From a virus (Duplodnaviria > Caudoviricetes): a DNA stretch of 64,000 nucleotides. Both the position numbers and the translations under genes were made by a program. The notes beneath the pieces are model-generated. The model did not search any database. It saw nothing but the letters and a program-made list of their open reading frames with translations, and was not told the DNA's origin. Positions 1 through 13,912 of this stretch are shown piece after piece. Numbering within the stretch: position 1 is the stretch's first letter; each line of letters starts with the position of its first letter. The DNA lies in the IMG/VR virus record IMGVR_UViG_3300037313_001869, positions 256,001 through 320,000 of that record. One strand, written 5' to 3'.

Positions 1-189
1 GATGGTCAGGCGCACCTCTTGGCCCTTGTAGGTCGAGAGCGCCTGCTGGGGGTCGAAGTTGACAGGCTGCCCGGCCTGATCCTGCGTCCGGATGTAGAAC
101 CGGTCGGTCATCGGGTCTTGCTCGACCGTACCCTCGACGAGGTAGGTCGCTCGGATGAGTTCTTCGATCTTCTTTGGGTCTGCGGGCAT
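1..189 (-). CDS. hypothetical protein (runs off window edge)
   Basis: ATG at 189 with GAGG upstream; open frame MPADPKEIEELIRATYLVEG... to position 1. Confidence 0.6.
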   Translation of the reverse strand, partial: MPADPKKIEELIRATYLVEGTVEQDPMTDRFYIRTQDQAGQPVNFDPQQALSTYKGQEVRLTI

Positions 190-273
190 GGGCTACCTCG
201 TGAGGACCTTAAACGGCAAGGGGCCCTCGCCCGGGTTATGACACCGGAGAAGGCCCCTTGCCTAAGGAGAACC

Positions 274-2214
274 TCAGCGAATCGGGCAGACGCCCCCGGC
301 GCACTCGTCCGCTTCCATCTCACCACCGCGCGTGAGCGGGTGGTCGTGGTTGATCTGGTCGTAGAGTGACTGGAACGTCTCCGCCGAGCACTCCTCGTAG
401 GGAGCCTGGGCGTAGCCGTGGGCCTTCGGCAGGCACGAGGTGCTCTTGAGCTGCGGGGCGTATTCCGCAAAGCACTTGATCAGCTCCTCGCGCTCGTCCT
501 CGGAAGCCGAGAGGGTGGCCGAGACGGCGTTATCGGCCCAGGATCGCTGCACGGCCGCCTGGCGCTCGAACTGCTCACGGATCGTCTCGGTGAGGACGGT
601 GGTGTTGGTGTGCCGCGCCTTCGTGGGGAAGGCGAAGACCCAGGTGTGCCCGGTCTTGTCGTAGATGCAGTCCTCGAACGGCACGCCGGCCTCGATGAGC
701 GAGAGGGCGAGCGGGTCGTTCTTGGCGATGCGGGTCCGGCGCAGGTAGTAGGGGGCGTAGGGGGCGTGGATGCCAGGGCTGCTCCCGTTGAGGAGCGAGA
801 TCGTGCCCGAAGGCTTGACGGTGGTGACCGTGATGGGCGAGGCGACGCCGAGCGACTCGGCGTAGGCCGTGGCCTCCTCACGGCAGTCCCGGTACCAGGC
901 CGAGAGCTGGTCTTCGGTCCAGGCGAAGTCGCAGAGGCCGCCGATGCCGACGCCCACGCGCATGTTGGCCTCGCCCACTTTCTGGCTCGTCGGGTCCATG
1001 AGGGGCGTGAGCCGCTGACGAAGGCAGTAGCGGGTGACGAGCTTGAAGGCGAGGCTCTTGTCGGTGCGCGACTCGAACATGGCCGGGAAGACCTCGGCGA
1101 GGTTGCACGCCTCCCGATCATGGAGGGCCTGCTCGCCGCAGGGGTTGACGCCCTTGGCACCCGGGTCGGTCTTCCAGACGAGCGGCAGGTTCAGAAGCCC
1201 CGGCTCGCCCGAGCCGTTGAAGAAGATGTCGTCGACCAGGCCCCGCCAGTCGAAGTTCTGGATCTGGCTCCAGGATCGGAACACGATCGAGTTGTTGCTC
1301 GTGTGCCGGTGGCTCTTGACCGCCTCGAAGTCCTTCTTGGCGCTCCGGAAGTCCTGATCGTCAGCGTCGCCGAGGGCGATGAGGGCGCTTCGCCTCACGT
1401 TGCCCGCCTTGATGCAGAGGCCGATGAAGTTGGTGATGTCGAGAGCCTCGACCGACGTGAGCTTTCGGCCGCCCGCGCCTCGGACGATGGCCCACACGTT
1501 GCGAAGAAGGCTCGTCAGGGGCCCGGGGCCGCAGGCGATGCCGCCGAACGTCTTGATGGGCAAGCCACGAGGCCGGACGTGCGACACGTCCACGATGAGA
1601 TCGCGTCCCTCCCACGCCGCCGCGAGGACGCGACGGAGGGCCTCGACCCAGCCCTCTCGGCTGTCAGGGACGATGTAAACGGGCGTCTGGCCGTTCAGGA
1701 ACGACTTCGGATCGGGCCGAACCTCGTCGAGGTTCGGGTGACCCTCGGCACACCAGACCGCGAACCTCGACGGAGCCGCCGAGACCGACGGCATCTCCCC
1801 GACATGGCCGAGGCCGACGCCCACGCCGCCACCGAGCATCAGCATGTTGGCCGTCCAGCACCAGTCCTCGGGCGAGTAGACGGTTGTGTACCAGCAGTTG
1901 TAGCGAGCATCGGCCGGGATGCCCTCGACGCCGCCGGTCCACAGACCTCGTCCCGGAGGAAGCGCCTGGCCCGTCCAGAACAGGTGGTAGAGAAGCTCGC
2001 CCTCCTGCTCGGTCGCATTGGGGTCGAGCGACAGGCTCGCCTCGACGACGCGCCGGATCGTGTCGCTCCAGGCTTCGCCGTCTCGGCTGTACTTCGTCAG
2101 GTACGTCGATCGCGCGAGAAGCGACCGGAACGGGTCCCCCTTCTGGTAGTACGAGTCGAGGAACGAACGCGAGAGCCGAAACGTCTTCTTCGGCGAGGGG
2201 GTGACGATCATCAT
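274..2214 (-). CDS. nrdJ: class II adenosylcobalamin-dependent ribonucleotide reductase
   Basis: PPGRGLW, NCW, GNVRRSA, NPCGEQ, TVKPSGT motifs; C-terminal ECAGGVCPIR. Confidence 0.92.
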   Translation of the reverse strand: MMIVTPSPKKTFRLSRSFLDSYYQKGDPFRSLLARSTYLTKYSRDGEAWSDTIRRVVEASLSLDPNATEQEGELLYHLFWTGQALPPGRGLWTGGVEGIPADARYNCWYTTVYSPEDWCWTANMLMLGGGVGVGLGHVGEMPSVSAAPSRFAVWCAEGHPNLDEVRPDPKSFLNGQTPVYIVPDSREGWVEALRRVLAAAWEGRDLIVDVSHVRPRGLPIKTFGGIACGPGPLTSLLRNVWAIVRGAGGRKLTSVEALDITNFIGLCIKAGNVRRSALIALGDADDQDFRSAKKDFEAVKSHRHTSNNSIVFRSWSQIQNFDWRGLVDDIFFNGSGEPGLLNLPLVWKTDPGAKGVNPCGEQALHDREACNLAEVFPAMFESRTDKSLAFKLVTRYCLRQRLTPLMDPTSQKVGEANMRVGVGIGGLCDFAWTEDQLSAWYRDCREEATAYAESLGVASPITVTTVKPSGTISLLNGSSPGIHAPYAPYYLRRTRIAKNDPLALSLIEAGVPFEDCIYDKTGHTWVFAFPTKARHTNTTVLTETIREQFERQAAVQRSWADNAVSATLSASEDEREELIKCFAEYAPQLKSTSCLPKAHGYAQAPYEECSAETFQSLYDQINHDHPLTRGGEMEADECAGGVCPIR

Positions 2215-2229
2215 GACGGCCTAACTCCT

Positions 2230-3198
2230 TCACTGGGCGGCAAGTGAGAGAACGGTCAGCTCCAGGAGGGTGCGCTTCGACGCCCCCGTCCTTTTGATTT
2301 CCACATCCAGTTTGCATAGCTCCCGCATCACGTTGGCGAGGGAAGCTACCGAGTGCTTCTTGGCCATCGGGATGAAGAACGTACGGCATCGCCACGGGTG
2401 CATTTCGAGCCTCGCGGCGATCTCGTCGTCGCTCGCACCCTTCTTGAGAAGGGCGCAGGCAACCATGAGCTTTTCGACCTGGCGCATGAGCGAGTAGGCG
2501 ACCGGGACGGTCGGGTCGTCAGCGCCGTTCTTGTAGAGCATCGACAGGGCGTCGAGGGCCCTCTTCGGGTCCTTGTTCGCCGCCGCCTCGGCCACCTGAA
2601 AAGGCTCGGCCGTAGCCGTGGGCGAGACCACGAGACGCAAGTGGTCGATCGTGACCGTGCCGCCCTTGTCGAGCAGAAGCCGGATCTTGCGCAGCTCACT
2701 CGACAGTCGGTAAAGGTCCGCGCCGACGACCTGAAAGAGGATCGCAGCGATGCGCGAGTCGACGACGAGCTGGAGGCTCTTGGCCTCCTCCGAGATCCAT
2801 TTGACGACCTCGTTGTTCGTCTCGAACGTCTTCAGCTTCTTGTGCTCCCGGATCTGGGCCTTGCCCGCGAGCTTCGTCCAGAACGCGGGCAGCTTGCCCG
2901 ATCGGAAAACGAGAGCGAGGACCTTCGACACGTCGCGAGCGTCGAGCCCCTCGACGTACGCCTTCAGCACCGATCCGGGCTTGACCCCTTGGGCATTGTC
3001 GACGACCACGACCCGAGGCCGAGCATCCATCGTCACCGTCGAGCACACGTCGACCAGATCCGCCTCGCTCGTCTCCGACCCATCCAGCTCGATGACAGCC
3101 CTCTCGGGCTGCTCTCGAAAGGCACGCGCGTCTCGGTCAAGGAAGAAGTCTTCCTCACCAAAAGACACGACGACCGGGGCAGCGAAACGAAACGCCAT
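2230..3198 (-). CDS. holA: DNA polymerase III delta subunit (clamp loader)
   Basis: GEEDFFLD N-terminus, GADLYRLSSELRK, LCKLDVEIKRTG. Confidence 0.85.
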   Translation of the reverse strand: MAFRFAAPVVVSFGEEDFFLDRDARAFREQPERAVIELDGSETSEADLVDVCSTVTMDARPRVVVVDNAQGVKPGSVLKAYVEGLDARDVSKVLALVFRSGKLPAFWTKLAGKAQIREHKKLKTFETNNEVVKWISEEAKSLQLVVDSRIAAILFQVVGADLYRLSSELRKIRLLLDKGGTVTIDHLRLVVSPTATAEPFQVAEAAANKDPKRALDALSMLYKNGADDPTVPVAYSLMRQVEKLMVACALLKKGASDDEIAARLEMHPWRCRTFFIPMAKKHSVASLANVMRELCKLDVEIKRTGASKRTLLELTVLSLAAQ

Positions 3199-3202
3199 CG
3201 GA

Positions 3203-4156
3203 TAAGACGCCCGAAAAGACAGTAACGATCGCGGTTTTGACGTGAAAAGACAGGTTGATGTACGAGCTATCGTACCGGTCTTCGAGCTTCTTCAGCTCAC
3301 CGGACAGCCTCGCCCACGTCGCCTCGGAAGATCGCGCACGCATCTCGGCTAGACCCCCACGAATGTCGTGGTTGAACACGCGATCAGGGTCGAGGGGAAG
3401 GACGAGAAGGTCATGGGCGAGGAATCGAAGAAACCGGAGGGCAAGCGGCAGGTCTTGAACGATCTCATCAATCGTCGCGAACGAAGAAGACACGTCTCCC
3501 TCGACGCCGTATTTCAATACACTTAGAACACGGTCGCGGAGGGTGAGTCGGCTCGCGCCCCAGTAACGAGTGGCGCGTCCCATCGAACCTTCACCCATCC
3601 TCCCATAGACAAGAGCTTTATCGCCGTCGGGCTCGACCGCACTCAGTCTGGAAATGATGAATGGTGTCGGTAGTTTACGGAAGGGCACCCGGCCGCAACG
3701 CGAGCGAATCGTATTGAGAACCCTGTCGTATCGTTCCGCGAGAAGAAAGAAGCGAGACCGAGCCGGGGGCTCCTCCAAGGTCTTCAGAAGAGCGTTGGCT
3801 GCTGCGGCCGTCATTCGGTCGGCGCCGTCTACGATGAAGAAGCGGTAGGGCGAGGCGGTGGGGTAGAGCTGCGCCCGGTCGACCACCTCCCGCGCAGCCT
3901 CAACGCCGATCTCCTTCTCGCTCGGAGCCGTGACGTAGAGCACATCCGGGTGAACTCCGCGAGCGATTTGCACGACCTCGGGTGCCTTTGGCCCCCCACG
4001 GTCAGCGGCGACCATCTCCTTGATCGTCTCGTAGACCGCGAAGCGTCGGCCCGTGCCCTCCTCCCCGACAAGGAGCAGAGGCGAGACGTACTTGCCCTCG
4101 ATGACCCGTCGCAGAATCGCAACGGCCTCGTCTTGGCACTGGACCTCACTCAGCAC
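3203..4156 (-). CDS. holB: DNA polymerase III delta' subunit; ends at in-frame TTA
   Basis: HPDV, ADRMTAAAANALLKTLEEPP, TIRSRC; TTA at 3205-3203 is 4 nt before the holA ATG (standard code extends it to 3155). Confidence 0.88.
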
Positions 4157-4307
4157 GGGGCTTGTCCGGCAGGGCGAGCGGAGCCTTCGGGGGCACCGGT
4201 TCGATCGTCAGCCGGACGAAGTAGTTCTGACCGCACTTGTCGCATACCAGTCGATACACCTCTTGCCCGCTCGGGATGAGGTGACCGGCGCACTTCAGGC
4301 ACAGCAT
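4146..4307 (-). CDS. small zinc-ribbon protein
   Basis: CLKC...CDKC. Confidence 0.55.
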   Translation of the reverse strand: MLCLKCAGHLIPSGQEVYRLVCDKCGQNYFVRLTIEPVPPKAPLALPDKPRAE

Positions 4308-4347
4308 CAAGATCGTGTCGGACACGCCGGAAAGCCCCCGAGGTGGA

Positions 4348-4572
4348 TCAGAACGGGAAGAAGCCGCCGACCTCGACGGACCACGAGTTGTGGCACTCGA
4401 CGCACTGGTAGATGCGCTGGTGAGAGGCACCAGTGGGGGTCTTCGACGGCAGAACCTCGACCACCTCGCGCGAGTCGCACCCCTCCATCTTGCATCGCAT
4501 CGCGATGGTCTTCGGCTTGGCGGGCTCGGGCTGAGAGAGGCCGGGCTGGAGGCCCTTGGGATCGACGCTCAT
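4348..4572 (-). CDS. small zinc-ribbon protein
   Basis: CKMEGC...YQCVEC; coupled to upstream ORF. Confidence 0.65.
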   Translation of the reverse strand: MSVDPKGLQPGLSQPEPAKPKTIAMRCKMEGCDSREVVEVLPSKTPTGASHQRIYQCVECHNSWSVEVGGFFPF

Positions 4573-4958
4573 AGGTTGCTCCTAGGAAATGAGGTGGTGA
4601 AGAGGCCGGAGAGTACCGCGAGCGTTCGCCTATAGAGGTCCTGGTCGCGGATCGGGACGAGGGCGACCTCGTTCTGAAAGAAGGGGTCTAGGGAATACAC
4701 CGGGGAGACGGGTACCCGAATCGGGTCGAGCGTCCCGTCGAGGAAGTAGGGGAGGATCTGCTGCCAGTCCTCGCCCCGAACGATCGCGTTCACCCCAGGG
4801 CCCGTGAGCCGCACGAAGGCGCGGTCCTTCTCCTGGCCCGTCGAGATCGTCACGGTCTTCCGCACGACCCCGACGATCGCCCGAGCAAGCTCCGGCAGAT
4901 CCTCGGCCGTCAGCCGTTCGAGCCGGAGTCCCCGGCGAGAGCGCAAGCGTTCGTCCAC
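4569..4958 (-). CDS. hypothetical protein
   Basis: 129-aa ORF with ATGA overlap into next gene. Confidence 0.6.
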   Translation of the reverse strand: MDERLRSRRGLRLERLTAEDLPELARAIVGVVRKTVTISTGQEKDRAFVRLTGPGVNAIVRGEDWQQILPYFLDGTLDPIRVPVSPVYSLDPFFQNEVALVPIRDQDLYRRTLAVLSGLFTTSFPRSNL

Positions 4959-5165
4959 GCTCTAGCCGGGGCATAACAGCTTTACGAGAAGAGCAGCACG
5001 ATCGCGCACGTCATGAACACTCCGACGAAGATGCCCGCCCCGAGACCGTGCTGGAAATCGCTCATGCCCGCAAGCCTCTCACGGTAAGGGCGTGTGGGAC
5101 AAAAAAGGAGAGGCCGGCGCCCTCCCTTCAGGGAGAGGCCGGCCTCGGGAGGTACCCGCTCGGGC

Positions 5166-8118
<2,953 letters not shown>

Positions 8119-8122
<4 letters not shown>

Positions 8123-8496
8123 GGCTTACGGTGCAGACAGTACACCGAATCCAGCTCCCCCGGGTCGAGATCGGAGGGGTCGGGTACCGCAGCCCGGCGC
8201 TTGGCATCGATCTGCACCTCGGAGAGAGTCACCTCCCGTCGCCGGACCCACGCCGAAGGTCGATCCGGCTCGCCCCGAAGGGCCAGCCAGCCGTAGGCGT
8301 CGAAGAGGGCCAGCAAGACGGCCGGGCGAGGCGTGCTCGTCCACCGAGCTTCCTCACCCTCTGACAGGACACAGAGCGTGAACCCGTCCTCATCGGTCTC
8401 GACCGACATCTGCCAGCCGTGCGGCAACGCCGCCTCGATCTCGGTCTCCAACCTGGGACGGTCCCAAGTCCACGCATCCGGGGGGATCTGCATCAT
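8119..8496 (-). CDS. hypothetical protein
   Basis: ORF with ATGA overlap into the methyltransferase. Confidence 0.6.
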
Positions 8497-8541
8497 ACCC
8501 CTGCATGGTCTACAAGAAAAAGTAGCAGAAAAGACGGACGA

Positions 8542-8730
8542 TTAACCCGCGAGAAGTTCGATGATGACGACCCCCCGATCCTGCTCGTCGCTCTCGTCCC
8601 TCACCGGGCCGCGGGGGATGAGCGGGATCGGAAGCTCCAAAACGGGCTGATCGCGCCTCTTGTGCTGCTCTTCCTTACGGCGAATCTCTTCGATGATGAA
8701 GGCCGGGAGCATCACAGGAAGCGAGGTCAA
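8542..8730 (-). CDS. small hypothetical protein
   Basis: MLPAFIIEEIRRKEE...RGVVIIEL. Confidence 0.55.
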   Translation of the reverse strand: MTSLPVMLPAFIIEEIRRKEEQHKRRDQPVLELPIPLIPRGPVRDESDEQDRGVVIIELLAG

Positions 8731-8761
8731 TAGTAGATCCTGACGTGAGAGGGAGGGCCCG

Positions 8762-9127
8762 TCAGCCGAGCTTCGAGCCGGGGGCCACGGGCGAAGTGGG
8801 CCTGAGGACCGACAGGGCCTCGGGACCCGATCCGGCCGCGAGGATCATCCCATGCGACTCGACACCCATCATGGCCCGGGGCGGGAGGTTCACGACGAAG
8901 GTGGCCTGGGTACCCACGAGGTCCTCGGGCTTGAACGTCTTGCCGATGCCCGCGAGGATCGTCCGGGGAGAGCCCTCGCCGAGGTCGACCGAGAGGCGCA
9001 AGAGCTTGTTGCTCTTCGGCACCGGCTCGGCCGACAGGATCGTGCCGATCCGGAGGTCGATCTTCTGGAAGTCGTCGATGGTGATGATCGGAGACGGGGC
9101 GGGGATCGTATCGGGCGTGTCGCTCAT
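8762..9127 (-). CDS. tRNA-binding OB-fold protein (Trbp111/CsaA/MetRS C-terminal like)
   Basis: ITIDDFQKIDLRIGTI, NLPPRAMMGVESHGMIL. Confidence 0.88.
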   Translation of the reverse strand: MSDTPDTIPAPSPIITIDDFQKIDLRIGTILSAEPVPKSNKLLRLSVDLGEGSPRTILAGIGKTFKPEDLVGTQATFVVNLPPRAMMGVESHGMILAAGSGPEALSVLRPTSPVAPGSKLG

Positions 9128-9146
9128 GCTCACGACAGACACCAGC

Positions 9147-9716
9147 TCAGGAGCGCTTCTGACGGCTCTCGCGGAGGATGTTGAGAAACAGAAGCCCCTG
9201 CTCCCGAGCATCTTCGACGGCGATGTGAGTGTGCTTCGTCTCGGGAAACCAACGCTTCGGCATGTTCCGCTTGGTCGTGTAACGGTAGTCCGTCCCGAGC
9301 ACGGCCATCGCGAAGCTCTTGATGTCGAGCGCCGAGAACGAAAACGGGCTCTCTCCCGCGAAGCGCCGGAGATACCAGTAGACGAACAGGAAATCGAAGC
9401 CCGCCGGATAGCCCACGAAGACCGGCGTGTGCCCCAGGCCCTTGAGCCACGCGACGTAGCGAGGCATGGCCAGCTCGGGCATTTCAGGGTCCTTACGGCA
9501 CGCAGCCCACGCCTCCGGGTGCTTGACCCAGAACTCGGTCATCGTGGAAGGATCGGGCGTGGCCCCGAAGAGCTGCACGAGGTTGACCGAGAACGAACCG
9601 ACCTCGGTACCGTCGGCGAGGAAGGCGACCGAGCCGAGACTCAGCATCGAGTTGGGACCCGGGATGGGGCCGTCGGTCTCGATGTCGGTGCTAACGTAGA
9701 CCTCAGCGCTTGCCAT
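9147..9716 (-). CDS. DEDDh 3'-5' exoribonuclease (RNase AS/Rv2179c-like)
   Basis: [21 protein letters not shown]. Confidence 0.8.
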   Translation of the reverse strand: MASAEVYVSTDIETDGPIPGPNSMLSLGSVAFLADGTEVGSFSVNLVQLFGATPDPSTMTEFWVKHPEAWAACRKDPEMPELAMPRYVAWLKGLGHTPVFVGYPAGFDFLFVYWYLRRFAGESPFSFSALDIKSFAMAVLGTDYRYTTKRNMPKRWFPETKHTHIAVEDAREQGLLFLNILRESRQKRS

Positions 9717-10146
9717 GGTCGCTCCCGAGCTTCTTCACGATGACGCTCCGCTCGGCGTCGGAGAGCTTGCCAAGAGCCTTCTGAAGGATAGCGTCCTCGG
9801 CGTCCTTCACGAGAACCGCCGAAACCCCCACGGAAAGCTCCCAGCCCGTCTTCCCATCGGCGGTGAGGACGTAGACGGCGCGGGCCGAGCCGTTGGACCC
9901 GTACCAACCCTTGCCGCGCCCCATCTCAAGGGCCTCTTCCTCGCTCCGGAAGTAGCCGAAAAGCTCGCTCCTCCGGTCGTCCACGTCGATGTCCGACCGC
10001 CACCACTGCTCGACGCGGTAGTGGGTGAGGGGGTGGTTCAGAGGGATCGGAAAATCACTGGGTGGCATGGCTCTCCATGACACCAGATCCCAGAGGAGAG
10101 CAGGCGACTCGAACGCCACGCCCGCAAAGGCGCCCTTCGTTTTCAA
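9703..10146 (-). CDS. hypothetical protein (start uncertain)
   Basis: ORF in operon orientation. Confidence 0.5.
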   Translation of the reverse strand: MKTKGAFAGVAFESPALLWDLVSWRAMPPSDFPIPLNHPLTHYRVEQWWRSDIDVDDRRSELFGYFRSEEEALEMGRGKGWYGSNGSARAVYVLTADGKTGWELSVGVSAVLVKDAEDAILQKALGKLSDAERSVIVKKLGSDHGKR

Positions 10147-10170
10147 GACGATGCCCCGGCCCTGCGGGGT

Positions 10171-10605
10171 TTACTCTCCGGAAGTCTTGCGCTTTTTGGG
10201 TGTACCGAGTCCGAGCGACATGGGAAACCGCACGCGCCAAAACCGCGCGATCGTCCAGTCGAGCTGCTTCTTCTCGGGCCCCAGATCAGCAAACAAGACG
10301 ATGGCCCGATTGGCGTCGACCTCGGCAAAGAAGTCGATCTCGGGCGGACGGTACCCATGCCCATCGCACGAAAAAAGCGTCGGGATGTCTGCGTCGAGGC
10401 AGCGCTTGACCAAAGGGGCGATGCCCGGGTCGAGGTGTGGCCCGAGCTTCTCCCACGGCCAGCGCCGCATCCAATACTGCCGGATCTGGGGGTCAGCCTT
10501 CTCCGCGTCGGAGAGAAGCTGGCAGGGGTACGACGAGCAAGCCGGACGGCGACCGCAAATGTAGCAGTATTCAAGCGGCCGAACGATGATCCGGTCGAGC
10601 TTCAT
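10171..10605 (-). CDS. hypothetical protein
   Basis: Cys motifs and TLFSCDGH. Confidence 0.55.
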   Translation of the reverse strand: MKLDRIIVRPLEYCYICGRRPACSSYPCQLLSDAEKADPQIRQYWMRRWPWEKLGPHLDPGIAPLVKRCLDADIPTLFSCDGHGYRPPEIDFFAEVDANRAIVLFADLGPEKKQLDWTIARFWRVRFPMSLGLGTPKKRKTSGE

Positions 10606-10692
10606 GGCGGAAGGTGGAGAACTCGAATCCCAGACCCTTGCGGGCCCCATTTCGCTTCCAACGAACGCCCCGCCCTGCGGGGTTCACCTTCC
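10605..10692 (-). tRNA. tRNA-Ser(GGA)
   Basis: cloverleaf with long variable arm, loop TTGGAAG, CCA. Confidence 0.85.
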
Positions 10693-10739
10693 AAAGAGAC
10701 AGAGGGCCCGGCCCAAAGGACCGGGCCCCACGCCTACCC

Positions 10740-12332
10740 TAACCAGCGCGTGCGGCGCTTGCCCAGACGGGGCTGCTGCTTCAGAGGCAGCGGCGCCGGC
10801 TCGGGCGGGATCAGGTCGGCACCAGACGAGAGCGGCGAGGAGCTACCCAGGCTCACTCCGAGCGCCCCGAGGCTGAGGTCGGGGTGCGGCGTCACGGTAC
10901 CCACCGACCCGAGCCCAAGATCGGGCGGGGTGACAGGCTCCACCGAAACCAGCCGGACCGGCTCGGGCGTAGGAGTGGGTACCGGGCCCGTGAAGGTCGA
11001 GGTCATCACCTCCTGGGCCGAGTTCGAGACGGCGTAGTTGGCGCTGAGGAGCACCTTCTCGTCCTCGGCCGAGAGGCGCGAGGCCGACACGCCGCGGTTC
11101 ATGGCCCGGCGCATCCCCTGGCGGCTGCCGACGGTCTGGGTGTAGACGCCCGGCAGACCGTACATGCCCCCGAGGTGCGAGGCGACGCCGGCCACGGCGT
11201 CGAGACCGCGGGTCTGGAAGTCGGCCTGCACGACGTTGAAGGCAGCCTGCGCAGCCTGGAAGTCGCCCTTCTCGGCCGCCTTCTCGGCGGCGATCTGAGC
11301 CTTGACGAGCTGGGCGCGGGCCACGATCTCGTCGACCTCCTTCGAGGCTTGCTTCTGCTCCTCGCCCGAACGGACGAACTGCACCTTGGCCTTCGACTCC
11401 TCGGCCCGCTTGTCGACCGACCCGTCTTCGGCGAGGGTCTCGTAGCGGACCTTGACCGAGAAGGCGTTGACCGCCCTCGGGCCCGGCTGCTTCTGGGCCG
11501 CGAGCTTCACCCGGAGCACGAGGTGCTGGGTCTCTTCGGCGAGCAGGGACGGGACCTTGATCGAGACCTCGCCGTCGACCTCCTCCTCGACGTTCACGTC
11601 CGAGAGGACCTCGGCGATCTGGTGGCCGTTCGAGGGGGTCACGTCGATCGTGATCGACTGGGCGTAGGTCGAGAGAAGCCCGCCCAGCTCCTTGCCGAAG
11701 GCGGCGAGGGCCTGATCGGGGTCTTCGATGTAGGCGTAGTTGCCCTCAGCCTTGCCGGCGAGAGCGTTCAGGAGCCCCTGATCGGCATCGCGGCCGTAGC
11801 CGAACGCCGAGACCGAGACATGACCACGGCTCTTCTCGACCAGAGCGCAGAGGCTCGCCTGGTCCTTGGCGATGCCGTGGGTCGGCTGCCCGTCGGTCAG
11901 CATGATGATGCGCGTGAGGGTACCGGCCCCAAGGTCGAGCTGCTTGGCCACTTCGAGGGCCTTCAGCATCCCGTCCGAGAAGTTCGTCCCGCCCTCGATG
12001 TTGATACGGCCGATGGCGAGCTTCAGCTCGTCCTTGCGGGCCTGGGTCATCTCGACCGGATGAAAGTCGACGCGGCCGGCGTCGGAGAAGGTGACGAGCC
12101 CGCCGTAGTCGCCCGGCTGGAGCTGATCGATGAGCTTGATGGCCGACTGCTTCGCGTAGGCGAGCTTCGGACCCCGCATCGACCCCGAGATGTCGATGAC
12201 CGGGATCACGCAGACCCGCGAGCGCTTCTTCTGCCAGTCGATGGCCGGCGCCGTGAGGCTGACGACGAGGTGGGCCTCGGTGTCCTTGTCGAACGCGACC
12301 TGATCGTGCGAAAACTGAGCGTGGATTTTCAT
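10740..12332 (-). CDS. von Willebrand factor A domain protein; ends ...KRRTRW-TTA
   Basis: MIDAS DISGSM, GGTN, LTDG; TTA two codons before TAG. Confidence 0.85.
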
Positions 12333-12553
12333 GGTGGGGATTCCTTCAAGAGGTACGGAGGTTCGCCGAGGTGCGGACGGTGGACGGCCATCCCAAACCA
12401 GAGCAAAATCGCAGCGTCCGGGGCCCGACCCAAGCCGAAGCGCGGTCGAACCTTGAAGGAACCCAAGCTTACGCGCGGTCCCATGAGCACCTATACACCA
12501 GCCAAGCAAGCCGTGCCAGTCGGATCGTGATCTTCTAATCGACGAGGTCCAGC

Positions 12554-12802
12554 ATGGGACGACTCAGGAAACTAATCCGCGAACGCCTCGGCCAGGCGAC
12601 CAGCAATCGCGAGACCTTGGTGACGTGTGAGTCGTGCCAGGGTTCGGGTATGGTCGTGGTCGAGACCCCCGCCGGCTACCGAGGGACGCAATGCGTCTGG
12701 TGCCACGGCGGGGGCTTCGCCCTTCGTGAGGTCAACTACGCCTATGCCCGCTGGCGTCGGATCAAGCTCCGGAACCAGCGGGCAGGAGCGTGTGGCAGCT
12801 TA
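12554..12802 (+). CDS. DnaJ-type zinc-finger small protein; ends at TTA
   Basis: CESCQGSG and CVWCHGGG; TTA 12800-12802 is the complement of the HNH TAA. Confidence 0.65.
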
Positions 12803-13384
12803 CGAGTTCTGCGCCTCCCCCTCCCCGGGGGAGCTGCCGAGCAGGTAGACGCCGCCACCGGCCTTCTGCGAGGCGTCGATGTTGAGGTACGGCACCCAGA
12901 CGGGCGGCACCGAGCGCGTCTCCAGGAAGACCGCGTGCAGGGGCAGGACGTGGGGTTTCGCCGGCCTCCGGAGCAGGCTCATCTTCGCCTGCTCGGGCGT
13001 CCTTCCGCCCTTCTTGTCGTTGCACGGGTAGCAGCAGGTCACGATGTTCTCCCACACCGTCCTTCCGCCCTGCCGGCGGGGGATGACGTGGTCGTAGTTC
13101 AGCTCCCGCATCGTCTTCTTCGCGCCGCAGTATTGGCACCGGAAGCCGTCCCGGGTGAAGACGTTGATGCGCGAGAACTTGACGCCCTTCTTGTGCCCCA
13201 CGACCGGCTTCTTCAGCAGGATGACGGCCGGCACGTAGAGCGTGACCGAGGGCGACGACACGGTCTCCTCGTACTCTTCGAGCACCGTCACCTTGTTCTC
13301 GTACACGAGGCGGATCGAGTCCTGCCACGGCACGATGGCGTGTGGTTGGTACATGTGGTTCAGAAGCAGCGTCCGGGTCTCCAT
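12800..13384 (-). CDS. HNH endonuclease (McrA-like)
   Basis: RDGFRCQYCG, DHVIPR, WENIVTCCYPCN. Confidence 0.9.
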   Translation of the reverse strand: METRTLLLNHMYQPHAIVPWQDSIRLVYENKVTVLEEYEETVSSPSVTLYVPAVILLKKPVVGHKKGVKFSRINVFTRDGFRCQYCGAKKTMRELNYDHVIPRRQGGRTVWENIVTCCYPCNDKKGGRTPEQAKMSLLRRPAKPHVLPLHAVFLETRSVPPVWVPYLNIDASQKAGGGVYLLGSSPGEGEAQNS

Positions 13385-13549
13385 CGCGTCCTACCTTCGT
13401 CTCCGCTTACGCATAGGGGGTGGGTTCTTTCAGGGGGCCCGCCTGGGGGGCCGGGGGAGGTGTAGAGGTCTCTCCGAGAACCAAGACACCTCTCACCAGA
13501 GGTGCCGGCCTTAGAAGGTTCTTCAACCCTCGCCGAGAGGAGACGATCG

Positions 13550-13867
13550 ATGCCGAACCCGTCTGACAGGGCCATCGCCCAGTACCCCCACTGCGATCAG
13601 CGCGTCCTCCATGCCCCCGGAGAGTGCCGCTACTGCGACGAGCACCCAGACTGGCAAGAGCTGCGAAGGACCTGGAACATCAACTTCACGGGCAAGAAGG
13701 AGCCGGGCAAGAGCCCCTGCCCCGCCGAAGCGAGCCGGACAGCTCGGACCATCCACGAGTGGCACGGCAACCGGCCGACTGAGGTGGAGGTGGACCTCAC
13801 CGAACCGGACAGGTACGTCCGCATCCTCGACGCCGAGACCGAGGGCACCGAGAACGGGGGCCGCTGA
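13550..13867 (+). CDS. hypothetical Cys/His-rich protein
   Basis: AGGAG SD; PHCDQRVLHAPGECRYC. Confidence 0.65.
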   Translation: MPNPSDRAIAQYPHCDQRVLHAPGECRYCDEHPDWQELRRTWNINFTGKKEPGKSPCPAEASRTARTIHEWHGNRPTEVEVDLTEPDRYVRILDAETEGTENGGR

Positions 13868-13912
13868 AACGAGAAGAGGGGCCGGCCCAGGAAAGGCCGA
13901 CCCCTCTTTGTG

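Noticed and set aside
10740-12332. vWA protein as Ro60/TROVE partner of the Y-like RNAs
   Set aside because: The vWA domain is N-terminal and there is no helical TROVE domain.
13385-13545. HEARO/OMEGA-type RNA upstream of the HNH gene
   Set aside because: Short GC-rich divergent-promoter gap; the HNH lacks IscB PLMP/RuvC motifs and no diagnostic RNA structure was recognised.
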